Shown here in pieces: positions 25,997 through 32,000 of a stretch of 32,000 nucleotides of DNA; position 1 is the first letter of the stretch; each line of letters begins with the position of its first letter. The stretch covers positions 98,720 through 130,719 of the forward strand of contig NZ_JBNTJU010000006.1 in assembly GCF_051195015.1 (NCBI RefSeq), in the 5' to 3' direction. The position numbers were made by a program, and so were the translations under genes. Below the pieces are notes generated by a model. The model ran no database searches, had not been told where the DNA came from, and saw only the letters and a list, made by a program, of their open reading frames with translations. This stretch comes from Halococcus sp. AFM35. GTDB lineage: Archaea; Halobacteriota; Halobacteria; Halobacteriales; Halococcaceae.

Positions 25997-27259
25997 CTAC
26001 GCGGCGTACGAAAGCGCAACGACACGAGCATCGCCGTAGATGACGAAGATTTCCTCCCGACCGTCGTTGTCGAAATCAGCGACTCGGGGGAACGTATTGA
26101 TCGGGACATCGCGTTTGTACGAATCGACTATCTCGCCGGTTTCCGGGTCGACGACTGCAATGAGACCCGTGCCAGTCACGGCGACGAGTTCGGGGTCACC
26201 GTTTCCATCAAGGTCGCCCATGCTCGGCGGTGCCATAACGTACACACCCTCTTCGGTCGTGAGTGTCGTTTTCCATTCGACGCTTCCATTTGATGCGGTG
26301 AAGCTTCTGAGCGTCCCGTCTCTTGCGGCAGCATAGACCTCCGGGTCACCATCGCTATCGCCATCACCGAATGCCTTGACGGTCGCCCCTCTGGCGCTGA
26401 CGTTCCGTTGCCATTCAACTGAGCTATTTTCGCCATCGAGCATCGTCACTTCACCGAAAAAGCTTGCAAACACCAACTCAGTCGCTGCGTCGCTGTCGGC
26501 CTGTCCAGTCGTCATCCATTTCGTCGTCGTTGCGTTCGGGAGGTTCCGCTGCCACGCGACGCTGCCGTTACGTTCGAGCACGGTTGCTTTCCCGCTCAAC
26601 TGGCCAATCGCTATCTCTGGGTCGTTGTCGGCGTCAAAATCAGCAACTGCTGGCTGACGAACCTGTGCGTCGGCAAACTTTTCTCGCCACGCGAGGGTCC
26701 CGTTCTGCCGGAAGGCAAACACTCCGCCGAGGAGATCGGCGACGATGGTTTCGTTACCATCTGCCGGGAGGATGTCGGCGATGAGCGGCTTCGAGTAGCC
26801 ATACGAGGTGAGTCGGTGTCGGAACTCTTCGCGTCCAGTCTGGAGATCGTAGGCAACGAGGTCTTTCGTGCTGGTTGCGGCGATCACCTCGTGGTCGCCG
26901 TCGCCGTCGAAGTCGGCGATTGTCGGGTCCGATACCGAATGGATCGTACAGGCTTCCGAGGCGATGGATTGCTGCCAGCGTTGTTCGCCGCTTCCGTTAA
27001 GCACCGTGAGCAGACACGTCTCACCTTGTCGGCTGTTGATGGGCACGGCAACGAACGATTCCCCATCGATGGCGGCGACGGCCGGCGTATGGTGATTGGA
27101 TTCGAGCATCGCCGGCGGGTCACTCACCCATAGTTCGGTAAGCGTTCCATTGTCGACGCTGTTACCCCCAGTGTCACTCGGACCAACCACTCCGAACGCT
27201 GCGGCACCGGCTAGTCCTGCGAAAACAACGAGTGCCGCCATCACGGTCCGCAAGCGCAT
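25997..27259 (-). CDS. Membrane-anchored/secreted FG-GAP/VCBS-type beta-propeller protein (paralog 2)
   Basis: It is collinear with paralog 1. Shared features include the NHH(A/T)PA motif, CTIHSV.DPT(L/I)ADFD, YGY..PL(V/I)AD, QPAVADF, WMTTGQAD, PPSMGD(I/L)DG and the C-terminal GD.RVVALSY. The start is ATG 27259, with GTG 27265 also possible. It is visibly lower in GC than paralog 1. Confidence 0.75.
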   Translation of the reverse strand: MRLRTVMAALVVFAGLAGAAAFGVVGPSDTGGNSVDNGTLTELWVSDPPAMLESNHHTPAVAAIDGESFVAVPINSRQGETCLLTVLNGSGEQRWQQSIASEACTIHSVSDPTIADFDGDGDHEVIAATSTKDLVAYDLQTGREEFRHRLTSYGYSKPLIADILPADGNETIVADLLGGVFAFRQNGTLAWREKFADAQVRQPAVADFDADNDPEIAIGQLSGKATVLERNGSVAWQRNLPNATTTKWMTTGQADSDAATELVFASFFGEVTMLDGENSSVEWQRNVSARGATVKAFGDGDSDGDPEVYAAARDGTLRSFTASNGSVEWKTTLTTEEGVYVMAPPSMGDLDGNGDPELVAVTGTGLIAVVDPETGEIVDSYKRDVPINTFPRVADFDNDGREEIFVIYGDARVVALSYAA

Positions 27260-27374
27260 TGGCACTCACGTATGACCCGGGTGGGATAAGACTATCCGTG
27301 AGATGAGCGAATTCGAGAATCGAACCAATGGGGCGTATCAACGGTCTCTTTGCTGTTCCAACGCGAGCAAGGGC

Positions 27375-28751
27375 ATGGACAAGCGCCGGACCGTATTCAT
27401 CGTGCTGGTCGCACTCACGGCGTTTGTCGGCGTCACGAGTGCCCATCAGATTCAGAGTTCACGCTTCACCGCACCGATCCCGCTTTCTTTGCTGTTCGGC
27501 GGTGCAGGAGTCACGGTCGCCGCCACGGCGGCATGGCTTGCGATAACGGGTGAGCGCTCGACGGTGGTGCGGACGCAGCCCGTGTTCGTAATTCCGACGA
27601 ACCTCGCAACGCTCGTACGATACGGGGCACGAGCGGTCTTCTTCGGCGGATTTCTCGTCGTTATCGTTCGCGGCTTCTTCGGTCCGCAGATCGCTGCCGA
27701 GAACTTCGCAACGGTGTTCGTCTGGGCAGTGTGGTTCAAAGGCGTCGGCCTGCTTGCGATTCTCGTCGGGAGCCCGTGGCGCGTACTCTCGCCGTGGCGG
27801 ACGCTCTACGACGGGCTGGTGCGAATCGAGGGAAGCGACATCGCGCTGTTCGATGCGTATCCGTCGTGGCTCGGCTATTGGCCCGCATTCGGGGGATTCG
27901 TCGTCGGCATCGGTATCTTCGAGAACCTCACGGTCGTTCCACGTTCACCGGCGGCGACGGCGGTCGTCATCGCCGGGTATGCCGCGGCGATGGTTCTCGG
28001 TGCGGTCGCCTTCGGTCGGGAGTGGTTTCGCCATGCCGATGCGCTATCGGTGCTCTATCGACTGTTCGGGCGGGTTGCTCCAGTGGAGTTCGTCGCGGCG
28101 GATGACGGCTACCGGGTCGTGTTTCGGCCGCCGTGGACCGGCTGTACGCGTCCCATCGAGCGGTTCGGCCTCGTCGCGTTCGTCGTCGCCACGGTCTACA
28201 CGGTGAGCTTCGATGGCTTTACGAACACGCCGGAGTTCCAGAGTCTCCTGTTCGGTCTCCGGGACCTGCTCGCGACCGGTCCCGGAACGAGCGTGCTCGT
28301 GTACGTCCTCGGATTGGCTGGATTCATCGCGGCGTTCGTCGGCGTCAGCATGGCGATGGAGACCGTCAGTGGGAGTGGTGGATGGCGGGGGACGGCCGTC
28401 GCGTTCGCACCGACGATACTACCGATTGCCGCGGCCTACGAGGTCGCCCACAACTATCCGTTCGTCGTCGAGCGGCTCGGGCGGCTCGCGGCCGTCGCGT
28501 GGTCGCTCGCCGTCTCTCCGATGGAACCGATCAGTCTGCTCTGGTGGCTGTCTGTCCCGGTGTTCTGGGGGTCACAGGTGCTGCTCATCGTCGCCGGACA
28601 TATCATCGCCGTCGTGGCCGCTCACTCTGTGGCGGTCGAGCGCTACGAGACGCTCTCCCGAGCCAGACGGGCACACCTCCCGCTCGTGGCACTGATGGTG
28701 GGCTATACGGTGCTCTCGCTGTGGATCATCTCGCGGCCGGTCGTCTCGTGA
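27375..28751 (+). CDS. Polytopic membrane protein of unknown family (~11-12 TM helices)
   Basis: This is track ORF 27303..28751, trimmed to ATG 27375 (MDKRRTVFIVLVALTAFVGVTSAHQ). It has hydrophobic segments throughout. Recurrent motifs are SPWRVLSPWRTLYDG and GHIIAVVAAHSVAVERY. I recognise no family by eye. Confidence 0.7.
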   Translation: MDKRRTVFIVLVALTAFVGVTSAHQIQSSRFTAPIPLSLLFGGAGVTVAATAAWLAITGERSTVVRTQPVFVIPTNLATLVRYGARAVFFGGFLVVIVRGFFGPQIAAENFATVFVWAVWFKGVGLLAILVGSPWRVLSPWRTLYDGLVRIEGSDIALFDAYPSWLGYWPAFGGFVVGIGIFENLTVVPRSPAATAVVIAGYAAAMVLGAVAFGREWFRHADALSVLYRLFGRVAPVEFVAADDGYRVVFRPPWTGCTRPIERFGLVAFVVATVYTVSFDGFTNTPEFQSLLFGLRDLLATGPGTSVLVYVLGLAGFIAAFVGVSMAMETVSGSGGWRGTAVAFAPTILPIAAAYEVAHNYPFVVERLGRLAAVAWSLAVSPMEPISLLWWLSVPVFWGSQVLLIVAGHIIAVVAAHSVAVERYETLSRARRAHLPLVALMVGYTVLSLWIISRPVVS

Positions 28752-28888
28752 CAGCTCGTGATTCGACTCGCACACCAGAATGGTTATTCGCGCGACCACC
28801 CAATCGTGGGCAATGGAACGGCGGAGTCGTCACCTTCAGGACGCCCTTGTTGCTGGGTCCGGTACGGGTGCGCTCGCTTGCGTGAAGT

Positions 28889-28897
28889 GGGAGGTGA
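28889..28897 (+). promoter_or_regulatory. Shine-Dalgarno-like GGGAGGTGA, 9 nt upstream of ATG 28907
   Basis: It has an 8-nt complementarity to the conserved archaeal 16S rRNA 3' end (..GAUCACCUCC..). This is unusual in a genome where most genes look leaderless or closely packed. Confidence 0.45.
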
Positions 28898-28906
28898 CGT
28901 TCTGAG

Positions 28907-29272
28907 ATGAAACTACTAAACATCGTTCTGCATTTGGGAGTGAACCGAGGCTCCGCACTACTCGGCGAGGTTGCACTGCCGACCGTCCTCGTCATCACGG
29001 GAATCGTCTCGTTGGCCGTTCTCGGACTCGGTGTCGTTGCGTTGGCACAGCGACGCTCGCGGTCGTATCTGTTGATCACGATGGCGCTCGGAACGTTGGT
29101 GGGACGCACGCTGGTCGGCGGGCTGGCCGTGGATGGAACGGTTGCGATGGAGTTCCACCACCTCATCGAACACGCGCTCGACGGCGTGATGGCCGCCTTG
29201 TTGCTCGCCGCAGTGTATTACGCCCGCATGACCGAGCGTCCGAAACTGACTACCAATGAACAAGACTCGTAA
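28907..29272 (+). CDS. Small membrane protein (3 predicted TM helices), translationally coupled to the downstream regulator
   Basis: The protein is 121 aa. The TM segments are LPTVLVITGIVSLAVLGLGVVAL, YLLITMALGTLVGRTLVGGL and GVMAALLLAAVYYA. A His-rich loop is EFHHLIEH. It overlaps the next gene by 17 nt. Confidence 0.6.
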   Translation: MKLLNIVLHLGVNRGSALLGEVALPTVLVITGIVSLAVLGLGVVALAQRRSRSYLLITMALGTLVGRTLVGGLAVDGTVAMEFHHLIEHALDGVMAALLLAAVYYARMTERPKLTTNEQDS

Positions 29273-29780
29273 GCGAATCGCTCGGCGCATCCACACGGCT
29301 CCCGGCATTCACTTCAACGAACTCGTACGGGTGCTCGACCTCGCACCCGGACAGGTCCAATACCATCTGAAGCAGCTGTGTTCGTCGGGAGCGGTAACCG
29401 ACGAGCAGCGATACGGTCGGACCCACTACTACCCGCCCGAGTGCAACGAGTGGCGACGCGGCGCGCTCTCGCTGTTGCGCCGCGAGACCGCTGGCGATAT
29501 CGTCGCACTGCTCTGTGACCGCGGACCAACACGGCCACAGACGATAGCCGATGACCTCGATATCGCTCGCAGCACGCTCGAATGGCATGCTGACCATCTC
29601 ACCGAACAGGACGTCGTCCGCAAAGAGCGCGACGAGCGCAATCACGTCACGCTCGCGCTCGTTCGGCCCGCCGAGACGGCGCGGTTGCTGCGAGAGGTCA
29701 CCCCGTCGTCGCCGGCGCTGATGGTTGATCGCTTCATCCGCTTGACCGACCGATTGTTAGAGGATGCGACTGACGGGTAG
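29256..29780 (+). CDS. ArsR-like transcriptional regulator with two winged-helix domains
   Basis: The first wHTH is IHTAPGIHFNELVRVLDLAPGQVQYHLKQLCSSGAV. The second is LCDRGPTRPQTIADDLDIARSTLEWHADHLTEQDVV. The protein is 174 aa. Confidence 0.72.
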   Translation: MNKTRKRIARRIHTAPGIHFNELVRVLDLAPGQVQYHLKQLCSSGAVTDEQRYGRTHYYPPECNEWRRGALSLLRRETAGDIVALLCDRGPTRPQTIADDLDIARSTLEWHADHLTEQDVVRKERDERNHVTLALVRPAETARLLREVTPSSPALMVDRFIRLTDRLLEDATDG

Positions 29781-29839
29781 CCGGTCATCTACTATCGGGC
29801 CTTCGAAGAACGAGAAATGGCCGAAGAACGTTGTCTGAG

Positions 29840-30907
29840 TTAGTGATCCGCTATAAACTGTTGAGCAATTGGGAGAAATTGGTCCATCGAGCGAGCAGAA
29901 TTGAATGCATCGGGTGCGGGTCGCTGAAGATGTAGCAGCTGGAAATAGGTCTGGTGATTGGCTTCCACGCTGTGGATGCTGAGTGCGGCCTCCAAGACCT
30001 CCGTATCGTCGATCATGGGCGCAACGCCGGCGTAGGCTGACACACCCACAGCCTCGATGCGGTCGCTGAGCGCAACAAATTCCTCGATGCCATCATACGG
30101 GAATTCATACTTGGCCGGTTCGACGGGGTTGCCGCCGAGTTTCTCGATGGTATTGGTGAGTTTCTCGACGTGGGCTTCCTCGTGGTCGCGTACATCCTGA
30201 ATCTGCTGGTAGGTCGAATACTGGAGCGTCGGCCGCGCGAAGTAGTTCGCGACCTCCGAACGCTCGACTTCGCTTTCGGAGTAGCTGTCGAGGAAATCGT
30301 TGTAATACGCCGCTTCTAAGTGTTCGAGCGTGAGTGCGTAGTTCAGGATATCGATATCGCTGACCTCCATATCGTCCGGGAGATGAATGGTATCCGTCCC
30401 ATGGAACCCGTGATGGTGCGTTTCCGGTCGCTCCCAGTAGAGCGTTCCTCTGGATTCGTCGCCGGTGAACCCTGTTCCATCGAGCGGGAATTGAAGAACG
30501 AGGTCGTCCTTGCCGTCGCCGTTAACATCTCTGACCTCGCCGTCATCAATCGGACGGGCACCGCCGCCCTGTCCAAGGAGTTCCTGCGTCCCGAAGCGGT
30601 ATCGCACCGGACGTTCGGTTGGGTCGAACGTTATCTCCGTTCCGGGTTTTTTGAGAATTCCCTCCTCATCCACGAAGGTGCTCTGGAGTATGGCTACCGA
30701 AACCCGGTCGTCCGTCTCGGGATCAATCTCGTTCTCGTTGCTTCCCGGTGCAATATTGATACGGAGTGCGTCAGGAAAGTGTGCGGACGCAATCGTGCTC
30801 ACTGCTGGAATCGCGGCAGCAGTCGCCGCCGCACCAATGGCAGTCTTGAGGAACGTTCGCCGTTCAGTACTCCCGACCAGTGCGCGTGAGATCTCTGTTG
30901 GTTTCAT
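29840..30907 (-). CDS. Tat-exported ferritin-like domain protein with an N-terminal beta-sandwich/Ca-binding-type module
   Basis: This is track ORF 29840..30946, trimmed to ATG 30907 (MKPTEISRALVGSTERRTFLKTAIGAAA), which carries a twin-arginine signal. The middle module contains DVNGDGKDDLVLQF. The C-terminal Ferritin_2-like domain has ILNYALTLEHLEAAYYNDF ... DHEEAHV ... EAVGVSAY ... HSVEANH. Confidence 0.75.
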   Translation of the reverse strand: MKPTEISRALVGSTERRTFLKTAIGAAATAAAIPAVSTIASAHFPDALRINIAPGSNENEIDPETDDRVSVAILQSTFVDEEGILKKPGTEITFDPTERPVRYRFGTQELLGQGGGARPIDDGEVRDVNGDGKDDLVLQFPLDGTGFTGDESRGTLYWERPETHHHGFHGTDTIHLPDDMEVSDIDILNYALTLEHLEAAYYNDFLDSYSESEVERSEVANYFARPTLQYSTYQQIQDVRDHEEAHVEKLTNTIEKLGGNPVEPAKYEFPYDGIEEFVALSDRIEAVGVSAYAGVAPMIDDTEVLEAALSIHSVEANHQTYFQLLHLQRPAPDAFNSARSMDQFLPIAQQFIADH

Positions 30908-31006
30908 CGTCTTTGTTTGATACCCCTTCCGGGTCAGGGCACCCAAATCAAGAGTTCATCCGGCACTGGATAGTAGCTTCTGGTGCATATCTCGAAATCA
31001 ATTTTC

Positions 31007-31012
31007 AAAAAA
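31007..31012 (-). terminator. T6 run (minus strand) 17 nt downstream of the distal HiPIP stop codon
   Basis: The minus strand reads TAG cgttggtacaatactaTTTTTTgaaaattg. The oligo-T follows the second stop (31029-31031), not the internal TAG at 31254-31256. Confidence 0.45.
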
Positions 31013-31028
31013 TAGTATTGTACCAACG

Positions 31029-31559
31029 CTACTTGTCAGTTTGATATGGACTGTAGCTAGCACACCACGCTGTCGGCTGGATATAGCCTTCGACGACACT
31101 ACATGCGCCAAGTCCGTCACCATTCTTATCGGGGATATAAAACATACAGCCCGAACACTGTCGGCCGTTCTTCGGTTGCGTTTGGTACTGGACAGCGCTT
31201 TTCGATTGGAGAGCATCCGAACTCCGTTTCGACCCACCTTGACTCGTCGCTGTCTAATAGACATCTGGAACGGAACCGCTCAACGCGGGCGTGCCGCTGT
31301 TGGTAGCTTTCGTATCGGTACCTTCAGTTGCCGTATCGTCACGATCAGTTCCAGCGGCCGCTCCGGGTGTGGTTTCAGGCTCACCTGTCGTGGCGCGGCC
31401 GCCACTATCGGAATCTGTTCCGCTCTCGATAGCTTTAGTAGTTGCTGCACCTTGCTCCTCTGCCCCGTTGTTGCTGGCACACCCGGCGAGACCAACAATC
31501 GCCGCACTACCGGCCAGTTGGAGGACAGTGCGTCGTGATTTCCGAGTGCTCCGATTCAT
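31029..31559 (-). pseudogene. Tat-lipoprotein HiPIP (high-potential iron-sulfur protein) interrupted by one in-frame TAG at 31254-31256
   Basis: ATG 31559 opens MNRSTRKSRRTVLQLAGSAAIVGLAGCASNNG, a twin-Arg signal with a lipobox Cys. A Thr/Gly/Asp-rich linker ends ...SGSVPDVY, then TAG. The same frame continues TATSQGGSKRSSDALQSKSAVQYQTQPKNGRQCSGCMFYIPDKNGDGLGACSVVEGYIQPTAWCASYSPYQTDK to TAG 31029-31031. The spacing C-x2-C-x14-C-x12-C with W before the last Cys matches the HiPIP cluster ligands. There is no in-frame ATG/GTG/TTG between the internal TAG and the CxxC. Confidence 0.7.
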
Positions 31560-31635
31560 CCGTTGGCTCCTTACTCTCGTTCGAAAGATGGTCGTTGTGG
31601 TCCAATAGTCGAAACCCGTCTGTCGGTCACTAGTT

Positions 31636-32000
31636 CTAACCCATGCTACCGGATCCACCAAGCGGTTGATAGTAGGGGATATCGGGCAGTGGAAGCATGA
31701 TACCGAAACGCATGAAACCCATCGCCAGCAGTACGTAGCCGAGACCGATGAACAGTACGCCGAGACCGTAGTGGACGACCTGTCGCTGGCGCGCGCTCAC
31801 CGACTGGATGACCGTACCATATAGGAAGACGCTCGGAATGGTACCGAGACCGAGCGCGCCGAGCGCGAGAAATCCATGAAGGGGCGATCCCTGTGCGAAC
31901 GCGTAGAGGAAGGCAGGATAGAGCAGCATGCAGGGGAGGAGACCGTGCAGCGCCCCCAGACCCATGATACCGACGCCGTTGACCCAGCGGTCGATGCGCG
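31636..32000 (-). CDS. DsbD_2/UreH-like (often annotated TauE/SafE) transmembrane protein, N-terminus beyond the window edge
   Basis: The track ORF 31636..31965 stays open upstream to position 32000 (..IDRWVNGVGIMGLGALHGLLPCMLLYPAFLYAF..). The HGLLPC..LYPA motif and 3-4 TM helices are visible. It is partial. Confidence 0.55.
   Translation of the reverse strand, partial: RIDRWVNGVGIMGLGALHGLLPCMLLYPAFLYAFAQGSPLHGFLALGALGLGTIPSVFLYGTVIQSVSARQRQVVHYGLGVLFIGLGYVLLAMGFMRFGIMLPLPDIPYYQPLGGSGSMG

Noticed and set aside
31254-31256. Pyrrolysine decoding of the in-frame TAG
   Set aside because: No pyl genes or tRNA(CUA) appear in the window, and to my knowledge Pyl usage is established in methanogens and a few bacteria but not in Halobacteria. 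It is kept only as something a genome-wide search could exclude.
30998-31264. Track ORF of 88 aa on the minus strand, and the plus ORF 31041..31538
   Set aside because: Both are basic with no motifs. The neighbouring minus frame over the same DNA encodes a clear HiPIP four-Cys core, so these are the wrong frames.

Overview
The window looks like a chromosomal segment of a haloarchaeon (class Halobacteria). It is very GC-rich, the correct reading frames have GC-rich third codon positions, the proteins are strongly acidic, and the antisense or off-frame shadow ORFs are Arg/Pro/Ser-rich. I cannot name the species.

Positions 1-24.3 kb are densely packed and mostly housekeeping. They encode a Zn-ADH, an acyl-CoA synthetase, G1P dehydrogenase EgsA, an NRDE protein, several wHTH regulators, NAC, TrmI, a membrane-anchored 2Fe-2S ferredoxin, tRNA-Arg(CCG) and a TetR regulator. 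They also encode the FolC-FolP fusion, a Thr/Pro-rich mucin-like protein, Nudix and CAP-domain proteins, an XPD-type FeS helicase, a GT2/flippase-like fusion, a radical SAM protein, a small zinc finger and Hsp20.

From about 24.35 kb to the window end the composition becomes visibly less GC-rich and the gene content turns accessory and extracytoplasmic. This stretch holds two tandem paralogous FG-GAP beta-propeller proteins, transcribed divergently from an ~12-TM protein of unknown family. It also holds a small membrane protein coupled to a double-wHTH regulator, a Tat-exported ferritin-like protein, a Tat-lipoprotein HiPIP and a DsbD_2/UreH-like membrane protein cut by the window edge.

The most notable points are:
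- The HiPIP domain is separated from its own signal peptide by a single in-frame TAG.
- A modular GC-rich intergenic repeat family occurs at four loci. Two long copies start immediately after a stop codon with an identical oligo-T block and end about 50 nt before the next start codon.
- The 3' end of the tRNA-Arg is duplicated as a 22-nt direct repeat 99 bp downstream, which looks like an att site.
- The propeller/membrane/redox island is a candidate uncharacterised cell-surface system.

No CRISPR array, rRNA, transposase or integrase gene was seen. All family assignments come from motif recognition by eye; no database search was possible.
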